Assembly (NCBI GenBank): GCA_964016885.1
Contig: OZ024740.1
Span: 238,204,001-238,268,000 of the forward strand
Source of the DNA: Eledone cirrhosa
Lineage: Eukaryota
Reading direction: 5' to 3'
Length of the DNA: 64,000 nucleotides
Below, piece by piece: positions 1-12,960 of this stretch (position 1 is the first letter of the stretch; each line of letters opens with the position of its first letter). Below the pieces are notes generated by a model. The model was not told the DNA's origin. It did not search any database and saw only the letters and a program-made list of their open reading frames with translations. Both the position numbers and the translations under genes were made by a program.

Positions 1-1130
1 TAATAATAATATCTACATATCTTAGGGAAGCACATGATTGGATGATCAAACTCGTTGTGAAACATGAAAGCAACAAAAGATCATACCCCATTACAAAAGA
101 TGCACATAGATGCAATAATGAACTACAAATTTCAGAAGTTCCCTTTACTGCTGAAATGAAAAACACAGAAAAAGTAAAGCTGGTAAAAGTAACTGCAAAG
201 AAAAGAAAAGCCTCTGTATGGAAAATACCCAGAAAGAACTAACAATCCTGATGTTGACAAAACTTTAACCCATCAGTGGTTGGCATCCTCTGGACTTAAA
301 TCTGAGACTGAAGGACTGATTATATCAGCACAAGATCAGTGTCTACCAACAAAAAATTATCAAGCCAACATAATAAAAAATGGATGCAGCCCATTATGCC
401 GTGTATGTAAAAAACAACCAGAGACCATTGACCATATAATTTCAATGTGCAGTCCTATAGCTCCAACCGAATACCTAAACAGGCACAACAGAGCTGCACA
501 ATACATACATTGGATAATGTGTAAGCATTTTGACCTGCCCTATCAAAAGAATTGGTGGGAGCATCAACCACCTCCTGTACTTGAAAAAAGTCACATCTCA
601 ATTTTGTGGGACTTTAACATCCAAACAGACCGAAAAATAGATGCAAATAGACCTGATATAATACTGAAGGACTTTAAAAAGAGAGTATGTCTGCTAATTC
701 ATATGACCATTCCTATAGACAAGAATGTATCTATAAAAACAATTGAAAAATTGAGCAAGAATAAAGACCTGGAGATAGAAATTGGAAAAATGTGGAAGTT
801 GAGAACTAAAACAATACCAGTGGTTGTGGGCGCTCTGGGAATGATACCTAAGGGGTCTAATGATTACTTATCGCAAATCCCAGGAAGCCCACGTATAGGA
901 GAAATACAAAAGATAGTACTAATGGGAACTGTCCATATACTAAGGAAGATTCTGTCAATATAAATACATCACAAGTGTAAACACCTGAAGATACATGTAT
1001 GTGTGTATGTGTTCTTTCTTGAACATGGTGGACCTTGTTGTCTCTTGAGGTCACTGGTTGTCACTTGGTGATAACTCGTATGAACATAAAGCAAGATAAT
1101 GAAAAAAAAAATAATGATAATAATAATAAC
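1..1130 (+). mobile_element. 3' end of R4/Dong-type non-LTR retrotransposon (CCHC zinc knuckle + restriction-like endonuclease)
   Basis: ORF 280-963 has CRVCKKQPETIDHIISMC and ILWDFNIQTDRKIDANRPDII...KDLEIEI...IPVVVGALG; short 3' UTR ends in (TAA)n near 1110-1130. Confidence 0.85.
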
Positions 1131-1377
1131 AAACCCCACTTTTTTTTGGAACACTTCAAAAGGCATCCTTGCTGGGAACAGCAAGAACCCTCTGATATAT
1201 TCTGAATCAACCCCAGTGAGTTACTGGTATTATATTTTAAAAACCCTGTAAGGATAAAAGATAAAGCTAACCTCCATCGAATTTGAAAACAGAATGTAAA
1301 GAACTGTAACTATATGCGACAATCATGGTGTCCAATGCTCTACCAATCCACTGCCCGTAATAATAACAACAATAATA

Positions 1378-2122
1378 ATCATCATCATCATCATCATCAT
1401 CAACGTTTAATGTCTATCTTCCATGCTAGCATGGGTTTAGACGGGAATTTGTCCTACTTGAGGCAAGATTGGTCGGATGACCATGTCTCACTCGTATAGG
1501 ACTGTCTGGCAGGTTTTCTACAGCTGGATGCCCTTCCTAACACCAAACACGTTTACAGTGTGGACTGGGAGGTTTTTACCGTGTTACCTACACGGCCACA
1601 TTACAGCGTGGACTGTGTGTTTTTTTGTCGTGACACCTACACGACCTCATTTATTTTGGACTGGATGTTGTGGTACCAACATAACTTTACAGAGAAAGGG
1701 TGGTGTGGGGGGGGGGAAGTAGGGGTAGTGGGATGGGGTATATATTTGGTTAGGAGGTGCCTACTGACTGTAGGTTTCACTTTGTACATAGGCAAGGCAG
1801 GTCTCGGACCAGTGACATTGTCTTAGAGAGATGTAAGTGTGTAAGGTCGGAATTTATCAAATTGTCCCAGATTTTTCTGGATCTACCTACTCCATAACTT
1901 CCATCAATTTTGATCGCCCTGTACTTTTTTATTCAGCTGTCGTCTTTCATGCGCATCATGTGACCATACCAACGAAGTCTTCTCTCAAGTAAACTGCATC
2001 TGATCCCTCTTATTCCTAATTTCACACTTAGTTGATTTACGTTTTGCCGTTCGCGTATAATACTATTACACATCCAATGAGCATGGATGCTTCGTACCTC
2101 CCCAGTCTGCATACATCCTCTG
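1378..2122 (-). mobile_element. 3' end of RTE-clade LINE (same family as 17245-19567)
   Basis: KLGIRGIRCSLLERRLRWYGHMMRMKDDS on minus strand, 3' UTR nearly identical to 19175-19560, (GAT)n tail. Confidence 0.85.
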
Positions 2123-2350
2123 TAATAATAATGCTTTCTTATATAGGCACAAGGCCAGCAATTTTGGAGGAGGGGAAAGTCGATTAAATCGACCCCAGTA
2201 CATGACTGGTACTTTATTTTATCGACCCCGTAAGGATTAAAGGTGAAGTTAACCTCGGCGGGATTTGAACTCAGATCATAACGGGCCGTAACTCTATGCT
2301 GCAAAGCATGGCGTCCGACCCTCTACCGATACTGCCAATCCACTGCCCTT
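2123..2350 (-). mobile_element. tRNA-derived SINE (family A; further copies at about 6340-6524, 10855-11383 x3, 23662-23877, 31543-31727, 34305-34482, 42496-42672, 44503-44688 and fragments)
   Basis: Minus strand has A-box-like TGGCAGTATCGG, B-box GAGTTCAAATCC, central CCTTTCATCCTTACGGGGTCGATAAAATAAAGTACCAG and an (ATT)n tail; many copies in the window. Confidence 0.9.
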
Positions 2351-2352
2351 CC

Positions 2353-2384
<32 letters not shown>

Positions 2385-2389
<5 letters not shown>

Positions 2390-3957
2390 CTTTCTTTATT
2401 AACCACAAGGGTTGACATAAAGTATAACATTAAGGACAGCAAAGGACTGTACAGGATGGTCAAATGGGCATTTTTGCATGTAAAAAACAAAAACAAAATT
2501 ATATGTATAAAAAACACAAAAACAAAGGATATAACAAAAAAAAAGAAACAAGGAAAAAATTCCCCAATAGGGGGGAGACTTCCGAGAGTCACTTGTGGAG
2601 AAAGCCCACAAAAAGCCACGGTCACCCTGACTGCTAGGACATGCACCCTCTTCCAGTTTTCCTTCTACGATGCTACAGGCACATGCTTATGGCAGGCCCA
2701 TTCACACGGGCCATTCTTGCCTCTTTCACCCACATTTCAACAAACTGGCTGGAAGGCAGCACTTCCCTCTCCACCCTGATTTTCCTTTTCAGGTGAAAAC
2801 TAGGATTGTTGTTGACTCCTCAAACGTCACCGAGGACAGCTGCCATCAGCCAAGCGATCTCCGCTGAGGATGGAACCTGGGTCACGACTCTCTGGCCGCA
2901 GTATGTGGGCACCATAACTATTTTGTCACTGTGGAGTGGTGTAATGGAGTGTGCTCTGGCTTCTTCGGGTGTGGCTAAGAGAACATCCACAGTGCCATAC
3001 TTTGATCTTCGGGTTATGTAAGTTTTCTGTGCCCAGACGATACCCATATCCCTTTTGATCTACAATTCGGTTGCCCGTTCCAACCAGTGCAATTTCAGTC
3101 CAAGTGTACGGTATGAGACTGTACACAGATGTCGGTTTTTAATGACGTCGGGTGGGTGGGTGAGGCTGACCCTGTGTCTGCTTTTCTTGACCATCTCATG
3201 TCACTGACGCGTACTCATTCAACATTTTTGGCAGCCTTCGCAAATGATGTAGCTTGGGCGTCTCCTGCCTGCTGTGTGGTTCCGTCATTTATGCTGCTTT
3301 TTTTGTCCTTATTCTTGTTGCTGTTGTTGTGGTTGTCATTGTTGTTGATATTGTTGTCTTTGTTGTCATTCTTGCTGTTGTTGTTGGTGTTGTAGTTGTT
3401 GCTGTTGTTGTTGGTGTTGTTGTCATTATTGCATTTGTTGTTGGTGTTGCTGTTGTTGTTGGTGTTGTTGTTGTTGATAATGTCGCTGTTGCTGTTGTTG
3501 TTAGTGTTGTTGTTGTTGATAATGTCGCTGTTGCTGCTGTTGTTGGCATTGTCATTTTTGTTTATATTTGTGTTCTCACTGTTGTTGGTGTTGTTGTTGT
3601 TGGTGGCGCTGGTGTTGGTGATATTGCCTAATGTGGTGTTACATTTCAAAATTGTTGTGGGAGGGGCAGCATTATTAGCCTCAATGTTTGTGTCGCTGTC
3701 GCACGACAGGAAACTCAAAGTTAGGTGGGAGCGTGGCTCCGCCATGTTTTTTTTTTCGATAAAATAAATTTTTTTAATCCACAAAGGTTGAATATTTGGG
3801 CCAAAAGGCCCAAATATTATGGGGAGTCCTTTCTTGAAGGCGAAGACTAAAGTCTTATGCTCCTTTTGAAACAAAAATATTAATAACAAATGGATTTAAA
3901 CACAGAAATAACAGACTTACTGAAGCTCATAATAGTATATCCATTCACTTCAACAAC
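2385..3957 (-). mobile_element. Internally deleted Tx1/L1-like non-LTR element (degenerate ORF1 joined to ORF2 C-terminus and 3' UTR)
   Basis: ORF1-like MAEPRSH...Asn-rich...ATSFAKAAK and ITRRSKYGTVDVLLATPEEA; then LKRKIRVEREVLPSSQFVEMW (ORF2-end-like); T-rich 3' UTR with AATAAA; (ATT)n at both ends; no RT or APE seen. Confidence 0.55.
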
Positions 3958-4123
3958 CAATAATAATAATAATAATGATGATAATAATAGTAAAGGACCT
4001 TCTGATACATCTTGAACATCTGAGGCTGTGGGTAGTAGCTTGATATTCATAAGGGCAATTATTCCGGTTGAATAACATCAATGACTGAGACATCAAGTAA
4101 AAAGTATAATAATAATAATAATA

Positions 4124-6325
4124 AAACCACATACCAGATCGGTCGTCACCCAGGTAAATAAGAACTGCACCCCTCAGGGAGGAATCAGCCTAGGGTCAAA
4201 ATGTCTGCAGCTGAAATGAGCTCATTTCCAAATACAGATTTGAATGGTCACTTGAACAAGAGTAATCTCAAAGCAAGCCCTTCAAATTCATCCCCACCAG
4301 GAAGACAAAAAACCTCAACGTATTAAATGGACTCAAGAAGAGTATAAAGAAATAATATACTTATTCTATCATTCATTGGATAACCCATCGGAATCAAAAC
4401 AAAGTGAATTCTTTTAGGATATGGAGAGAAAGAAATCCAGAAATGAGACCAAACCTGAACGAAAACAAACTTGCAAATATAAGAAGAGATATTTTTAGAA
4501 ACAAGAGACAGATTCAGAGTTAAATGAAATTAAGAAGAATGTTGAAAATGATTTGAGAATACCAATATCAGAAAGGGATAGAAATGAATATGTAACAGAA
4601 GAGGCACCACAAATTGTATTGACTATGTTGTCACCAGGAGAGATTTCGCAGAACATTGATGGTATCAGAAACACAACAGAGCAGGATCAAGCTGAAAGAA
4701 ATGTTGTCGATATGGATGAGGATATTTCTACTCATGAACATACAGATCAGATAGAACAAACAAAACAAGAAATTCTCAATGAACTTAGAAAAAAAAAACA
4801 TTAGTATGGGTGAAAAAGAATCCTTGCAAAAATTGACAAGCAACAACCAGACACAAAAGAACTGGAAATCAGGCTGTTAAAGCAATAATTGAAGAGATTG
4901 AGCCTGATATATCTAAACTGAATGAGGTTATTTATGCAACAGCAATGGTAATAGAAAGGGAATGTGGGCTGAGAAAAAAACGAAAAGGACACAACACTCA
5001 CAAAAAAAAAACACCCTGGAAGATAATAATTGAGAAAGAAATTGAAATGATGAAGAGAGAAATATGTGCTGGGAAGTCTGTCAAGTCAAGAAAGGGAAGA
5101 AAAATGATTAAGAAATATAAAGGACTACTGAAAACAGTTAAGGTGTTCAGAGATGATGTAGGGATGGAAATTGGATTGGGAAAATACACCAAAGCAACAT
5201 TCAAGATAAGCAGAATGACAGGCACAAACTCAATGGAAATAGATGTGAATACACTAATTACGGAACTAGAACAGGAACAAACCTACAGATATCTAGGGGA
5301 AAATGAAAGCCAAGGTATTCATCACACCAGCATAAAAGAGAAAATCAGGAAGGAATGCTGCCGAGGAGTATGTGCTGTATTGAAAACTGAGTTTAACTTG
5401 AGGAATAAACTATCTGCCATAAATGCACTTGCAATCTCAGTTGTCACCTACAGTTTCAATATCATAATTTTAAACGTTAACGAAATTAAGAGGATGGCTA
5501 CCAAAATCAGGAAGCTTTTTACCTGTAATAGAATACATCACCCTTGACAAAATGGAGGTAGAAGAATGATCCAGCTCAAGTTATTATATAAGATATCAAC
5601 CATTGGACTTGATCCACATATGACTGGATGATGAAAATAGTTGCAGATCACGAAAGGAAGAAGAGGTTACATTCGGTCACAAAGGAAAGTAGGAAGTTCG
5701 TGGAAAAATTGGAAATAAAAAATTATGGCAATTCTTCAATTAAAGCCACAAAAAACACCAAAGTGTTGGCAAAAAGTTGCACTAAACGGAAGCGAAAACT
5801 GTGCACTAAACGGAAGCGAAAACCCCTACATGGGTAATATATTCTCCATAGCAAAGAACCTGATGTAGATCAAGTTTTCACCCATCAGTGGCTGCAGAGT
5901 TATGGGCTAAAGGCAGAGAGTGAGCACTTTATTTTAGCTGCACTAGACCAGTGTCTTTCAATGGGCAAGTTTCAAGCCAAATGGAACTGACCCAAAGTGT
6001 CGATTCTGTGATCAGCTTGTTGTGACTATTGACCACCTAGTTTAAGACTGCAAAACATTAGCTTCCCAGGAATATAAAACGAGGCATGATAGAGTGGGGC
6101 AATACTTACACTGGGTAATGTGCAGATTTTATTGTCTGAAAATGGAAGGAAAATGGTACAACCATCATCCAGATGCCCAGATGCAGTAACAGGAGGTGAG
6201 ACAGTCCTATGGGATTTCCCTGTGAACACTGACCAAAAAATTAAGGTCAACAGACCTGATATAATTGTGAAGGACCATAAAGAGAAAACACCCCAGTGCA
6301 TTATTCATCCGAATGCGTGACAAAA
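4124..6325 (+). mobile_element. Degenerate, internally deleted R4/Dong-type retrotransposon
   Basis: N-terminal IKWTQEEYKEI, RT-thumb YRYLGE...NKLSAINALAISVVTYSF, PKCRFCDQLVVTIDHLV, VLWDFPVNTDQKIKVNRPDIIV; (TAA)n at both flanks; frameshifts and stops. Confidence 0.8.
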
Positions 6326-7529
6326 CAATAATAATAATAATAATTGTTTCTACTTTAGGCACAAGGCCAGCAATTACCCAGTACATTACTGGTACTTTAT
6401 TTTATCGACCCCGTAAGGATGAAAGGCAAAGTCAACCTCGGCGGGATTTGAACTCAGATCGTAAAGGGGCGTAACTATGCTGGAAAGCATGGCGTCCGAC
6501 CCTCTACCGATACTGCCAATCCACTATAATAATCTGAAATTAAATCTTTCAGTTTCCTTTTGATATATTATGTACATTCCAGGAATAATTTTATCTCCTT
6601 CTTATATTCTCTGTTTCTATGTTGTAGTTCTTTTCTCACAGACATAATAGTTATTAATTTCAAAGTAGCCAGTCTGCCTAACCAAGTTTATCAGTTTTAT
6701 GTTGTCTGAACCAGAGTGTGTTTCTCTTCTGGGGTGGTTTGAATTGTTTCTCTTTCAGTACCTTCTTGAATGTAAACTAACTGCTTATGTTCATGATATA
6801 CTGGAAGATGAATCACAGCATATGATGTATCATGTATTTTTATTTCACTAATCATCAGATTATTTCTGGAAAACTAACATAGCAACTATCCATTTATATA
6901 GTGTGTAATTTTATGAGTAAAAAACATTGCATTCTTGTATTAGCATCTGTGCACAGTCATTTGTGTATTTGAAGATATATTTTACAGGAAGAGTAAATTT
7001 CAGTATTGATGTACATATGATGTCTTCTGTGTGGAACAATAATTTGGTTATTGACTTAAGGATTACCAACTTAACATTCTGGTATGGCACAATCTGTAGA
7101 GAAGGTATCCCTCTACATTAACTGTTGTGTCAGAAATCTTCTGAGAAATGTAGTTTTCCTTACATTGGGATTTGCTACACGACAGGGTCTATGACTCTGA
7201 CAATTTTTTACAATATTGTAGAAGATTGGCTCTAAAACTGGACACAGAAAATTTTATCAATTTCAGCAGAATCATTGGAAATCTTTTTGATTTTGTTATA
7301 TGATGGAAATATGAACCTGGGACAGTACTCAGTTTTTAAATTCAAAGAAATAACATAATATTCAGACAGTTCAAAAGGACAATAATGTAGCTATGTTTTC
7401 ATTTGGTAAATTTAATTTTAGTTTTAACACTTGAGTTAACGTATCAAGGCAATTTGAAGCAGTTTTCTTTTTTTTTTGTGGGGGATGGGGGTGGGCATGG
7501 CATGATGGATTGTATGTCATTCCCAAATG

Positions 7530-8940
7530 TAAATTATGGGCACACAAGAGGTGTAGTGAGAAATCAGGCAGGCTTCATATGTAGATGTTGCACAGGGGCA
7601 GTAACCAAAAACCCTCAGGAAACAAGCTCTTTTAAATGTACAGAGGAAACCATAGAAACAGTTGATAACTTCTGCTACCTGGGTAACCAAATCACCAGAA
7701 GTGGTGGCTACACAGAAAGTACAGTTGCCAAAGTAAGAACAGGATGGAAAAAGTTCAGGCACTGCTGCCATTGCTAGCTATAAAAGTGTTCTCACTCAAG
7801 ATAAAAGGCAAGCTATATGATGCCTGTGTGTGCACAACAATGCTACATGGAAGCGAAAACTGGGCACTGTGTGCTGAGGATCTATGTTGGCTGGAAAGAA
7901 ATGAAGCCTGTATGATCAGATGGATGTGTAACAGTAGTGTGCATGAATGGCAAAATGTAAATGAATAGAGAGCGAAACTGGGTATAAGAGGGATCAAATG
8001 CTGTGTGCTTGAGAGAAGACTGTAGTAGTATGAACATGTGATGAAGGATGACAGCTATATCAAAGGGTGCAGGACACTCGAGGTTGTAGGGTGCCTTGGA
8101 AGAGGAAGACCTTGGAAGACGTGGGATGAAATGATAAAAGCTGATCTGGCACAGCTGAACCTCTCAACAGAGATGACACAAGACCAAGACCTCTGGCGCT
8201 ATGACATATGACAGAAGACCTGAGTTGACAACCCCGTCCAGCCCACACTGTGCTTAGGAAGGGCATCTGGCAGTCATGAAATCCCAGCCAAAAACATGGT
8301 CCTGCTATGAGTAACACAGGTTCCAGCATGGCCAACCAGCCAGACTTCCTTCATAACATACCCAACCAGCTCCCATTATATGGGTCCGCTGGCCAGACTT
8401 GCCTCATAAGTGGGATCACTCATTCCCACACTGTAAACATGGTTGGTGTTAGGTAGGATATCCAGCAGCTGTAAAAACCCAGGCAAAATGCGGTCCTGTG
8501 TGAGCAAGGTCCAGCACAGCCAATTGGCAAGACCCTCCCCATAACTGGAACCTGCAGTTCCACACTGTAAACATGGTTGCTGCTAGAAAGGACACCTAGC
8601 AGCCATAAAAACAATTAGACACAACTAACTGGCTAGACTTACCTCATTATGAGTCCACCAAGCTCCCAAATATGGATCCACTTACGAGTAGAGTACAGAG
8701 CGGCCAACTGGCCAAACCCCTCTCATAAAAGGACCACCCAGTTCCATACTATAAACATGGTTGGTGTTAGGATGAATATCCAGCTGAAAAAAACAGCCAA
8801 AATACAGTCCCATTTGAGCAAGGTGCAGTGTGGCTAAATGGCCAGACTTGTCTCATTTCATGGATGACCCATCTGGCCCATGCAAGCATGGAAAATAAGA
8901 CATTAAACGTTGCTGATGTAATAAAAATAGCAGGCTTCGA
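7530..8940 (+). mobile_element. Degenerate RTE LINE 3' portion with tandemly repeated 3' UTR
   Basis: FICRCC...FCYLGNQI...VRTGWKKF and KGKLYDACVCTTMLHGSENW; repeated ACACTGTAAACATGGTTG units. Confidence 0.8.
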
Positions 8941-10129
8941 TGCATTTGCCATTCATCATCATCATCATCATTTAATATCCATTTTCCTTCCTAGAAAAGT
9001 TTGGAAGGTTCATCACAGATCAATCAGTACTCAAGCAGAGCTATTGACCTCTCAGATAGGCTCAGTGCCTGCATCTTGTTTACATATATTCCCAGGCTCT
9101 ATCAATTGTTTTGTTGAGCTGGGTAACCACACTTATCATGCATCCAATGGCTGACAAAGTTCTGACTGCTTTCTGCGATATATACACACATACACGCACA
9201 CATATGCATACATATAGATATATATAAATAGCAGAGTAGATGCGTGTTAGCATGGATAAATACATTATTAGCAGAAATGCACACAGTTATACAGAGCAAA
9301 GGACAGCTACATCCTTATCTTGCCAGTGACCTTTTTGGCAGTGCAGTTTAATGCATTAAGGGGTACTGCACTTATTATGACAGTTTGCATAAAATGATAA
9401 TTCTGTTGGATGCATGTAAGACAAAAACAAAACAAAGAATAGACAAGAAAATTTACAGTAGTCTGTCAATAAAATTATGACTATAAATAAATGGACAGTA
9501 GACAGTTCATGTATGTGTGTATTTTCTGATATATGAATACATAAATGGTTGCCAATGGAGAAAGTATCATAGCAAACTGCATTCCAGATTAGGGACTTGT
9601 CACATAGGAATGCTTTTTTGCTATCTCCTTGGTCTAGACCCACTTCAGTTGCAATGAGAAACTGGGAAACTGGCTGTATTGAAACTACATTTAACAATAT
9701 CATTGAGGGAGGTGACCAGTGCTAAGGCAGCAGGACAGCATCTGGATTCCAGCTGTAGAACCATAACAGCATTTGTATTGCTCACAGTTCCAAAGAAGAC
9801 CAATCCTCAGTAAAATGTCAATTTGAAAGCAGTCATTATCCAGCTAGGTACCAGTCAACCATAAGGTTGTAGGTTTCAGCCATGTATCACTCTGGAGCTG
9901 GGATGCATATCTGAAAAATGTTAGTTGGAGCTTGTCACGTAGGTGCACAAGGCTACCTGAGACTATGCCATATCCTATTTGTGTTGGATTGATGAAACAT
10001 CTGCAGGATGAAAGCAAAGTGAAATCCGGGTCACAACATGGGTAGTTTCATTAGTATACCTTGATTATGATAGGTTCTGTGGTGTATGCTCATTGAACTT
10101 GTTTGCGTATATTTCTATATAGGAAATGA

Positions 10130-10497
10130 AAGGGTCAACAGTATAAAAATACACACACATCTACACTAGGTCCGAACACAGGGGAACCAATCTCCCACTG
10201 CCATCACCTCCATCTCTCTTGCCCTCCCCATCTCTCACTATTATGAGCAAATGGAGCCCCACGTGCTGGCCACCCCTGGTGGACAGAATAGAGAAGGCAT
10301 TTCCCTAGAGAACGGTGAGGGAAATGCGCTGGAAGAGCCATTCCAGCTCGCAAGGCTCACACCTGCAGTTAGCCAGCTCAGCACCTATGGTGGTGAGTAA
10401 AGAGGTGGCCCTTGGGCGAAGGACACCAGAAGTCTCCACTGCTAGGGGCTCGACTGCAAACCTGTCGGAGAGTAACTGATATTGTTGTGGAGAACCT
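10130..10497 (-). mobile_element. 3' end of CRE-clade non-LTR retrotransposon (endonuclease C-terminus)
   Basis: Manual translation of minus strand: YQLLSDRFAVEPLAVETSGVL...LEWLFQRISLTVL*GNAFSIL matches the CRE-type PLAVET-G...QR-S-A--RGNA terminus; absent from ORF track. Confidence 0.7.
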
Positions 10498-10854
10498 CAC
10501 TGTAACTGGCTGTTTGACTGAGAGATAAAGTGTAGAGAGAAAGAGAGATGAGGTGAGAAGAGGGAGATATTGTCACTGACTGTTGAACTGAGGATGAAAG
10601 GGAGGAGGGGGAAAAGTGATTTAACTGAGAGAAGAAGTGAGAGGATTAAAGAGAAATAGATTTAACTGATTATTTGATCAAAAGAAAGAGAGAGATGGGG
10701 AGAGACGATAAAACATGATAACTAGCTATTTGATTGAGAGTGAGAGATCAGTAGCATGGATATAAATCAGAGATATATTATTGATGTTATTGTTAAAGTT
10801 TAGTTCAGTTCTAATCAAGCAGAATAATACATTGCAACTGGGAAAGACTCATCT

Positions 10855-11383
10855 TTAAATAATTGTTTCTACTTTTGGCACAAGGCCAGCAATTACTCCA
10901 GTGCATTACTGGTACTTTATTTTATCGAACCCATAAGGATGAAAGGCAAAGTTAACCTCAGCAGGATTTGAACTCAGATCGTAAAGGGCCGTAACTCTAT
11001 GCTGCAAAGCATGGCGTCGGACCCTCTACCGATACTGACAATCCATCGCCTTTAAATAATTGTTTCTACTTTAGGCACAAGGCCAGCAATTACCCAGTAC
11101 ATTACTGGTACTTTATTTTATCGACCCCGTAAGGATGAAAGGTAAAGTTAACCTCAGCAGGATTTGAACTCAGATCGTAAAGGGCCGTAACTCTATGCTG
11201 CAAAGCATGGCGTCGGGCCCTCTACCGATACTGACAATCCATCGCCTTTAAATAATTGTTTATACTTTAGGCACAAGGCCAGCAATTACCCAGTGCATTA
11301 CTGGTACTTTATTTTATCGACTCCGTAAGGATAAAAGGCAAAGTCAACCTCGGCGGGATTTGAACTCAGATCGCCTTTAAATA
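10855..11383 (-). repeat. Head-to-tail trimer of SINE family A (about 195-bp period)
   Basis: Three successive copies each bounded by CTTTAAATAAT; the third copy is internally deleted. Confidence 0.9.
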
Positions 11384-11699
11384 ATGCTGACTTTTTCTTC
11401 ACCACAAAATTATTTCTAATATATTAATACTAAGTTAATGTGTAAGATTTATATAGAAAGTGAGAGTGAGACTCTGTATGTGGGGGGGGGGGACTAAAAG
11501 AGAGGGGAGGGTTATATGTGTGTGCATGTGTGCGTGATGAAAACTGAGAAAGAGAGACATAATATGTGTGTGTGTGTGTGTGTAAAGGAGACTGAGAAAT
11601 AAAAAATAGTTTGTGGGGGCTTGTATGTGTGAATGTGTGAGTGTGTGTCTGTGTGTGTGTGTGTGTGAAGTATATTAGAAATGTAAGAGAGTGAGAGTT

Positions 11700-12240
11700 A
11701 AAAGGGAAAAGGTGAAGGAGAAAGAGCAAAAAATGGAGAGCTAGAGATAGTGAGAAATGTAAGTGACTGTTTTAGTCAAAAGAAGAAAGAGTGTGAGAGA
11801 GGGAGAACATGATAGAGAGAAAGAGAGGGACTATAAGTTTACCAAATAGGAAGTATAACAGAGGGACAGAGACTGAGATGGAGAGACAGATGGATAGAGG
11901 GGTAGGGGGGATAGGGAGGAGAGAGGCGAGAGAGATATAGAGGAGGGGGGGTGATATAGGAGAGAGAGAGGGGAGAGAGATAGAGGAGAGGGGGGAGAGG
12001 AGAAAGTGGGGAAGAAAGAGAGGGAGAGAGAGGGAAGAGAGATAGAGGAGAAAGTGGGGAAGAAAGCGAGGGAGAGAGATAGAGGAGAAAGTGGGGAAGA
12101 AAGAGAGGGAGAGAGAGGGGAGAGAGATAGAGGAGAAAGTGGGGAAGAAAGAGAGGGAGAGAGATAGAGGAGAAAGTGGGGAAGAAAGAGAGGGAGAGAG
12201 AGAGAGTGAGGAGTAGAAGGGAAAGAGAGGGGGAGAGAGT
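11700..12240. repeat. Polypurine (GA-rich) tract with about 40-bp repeat units
   Basis: Recurrent GAGAGATAGAGGAGAAAGTGGGGAAGAAAGAG units. Confidence 0.9.
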
Positions 12241-12687
12241 GAAGTTGGCATAAGTAAGATTCTAATGAGAAAGAGAGATAAATATATAATGAAAAGTTGA
12301 ATGAAAGTATAAAAACTAAAAAAAAATATTTCCATTTTGTCAGTTTCCTATTCAAACATATTGAGGAAATGAAAGTTACGTTAAAAAGGAAATGAATTTG
12401 AATTTTTTGATAAAAATACACGATATATAAATTTCATATTCAGATACATTTTGTTGTAGTTATTTTTTATAAGACATATATTCATGTTTCTTGTACTCCA
12501 CCACACCATCTCTTATCAGACGCCATAACTAGTTTTCCTTGTGTTGAAAGAAATTGCAGAACTGTTATTTTAAGTATTCAGATATTTTATAGAGAAATGG
12601 TGAAATATATAGATTGGTGTTATTTAATGTGTTGCTATTGCTGCATATTATAATAACTATTTTATTGTGCAACATATAACCACCATA

Positions 12688-12960
12688 CTGTGTGTGTGTG
12701 TGTGTGTGTGTCTATGTGTGAAGGTATGTGTGTATGTGTGTGTGTGTGTGTGTCTATGTGTGAAGGTATGTGTGTGTGTATGGGTATGTGTGAAGGTGTG
12801 TGTGCATGTGTTTGTGAATGTGTATGTGTGTTTGTGTTTGTGTATATGTGTGTGTGTGTCAGTATGTATGTGTGTGTGTGGTGTGTGTGTGCACGTGTTT
12901 GTGAATGTGTATGTGTGTTTGTGTGTGTTTGTGTGTGTGTGTGTGTGTGTGTATGTGTTG
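12688..12960. repeat. Compound (TG)n microsatellite
   Basis: Direct inspection; similar tracts at 25430-25600, 51845-52010, 60045-60205. Confidence 0.95.

Noticed and set aside
3129-3767. Poly-Leu/Val 'membrane protein' ORFs on the plus strand
   Set aside because: Antisense reading of the (AAC)n tract
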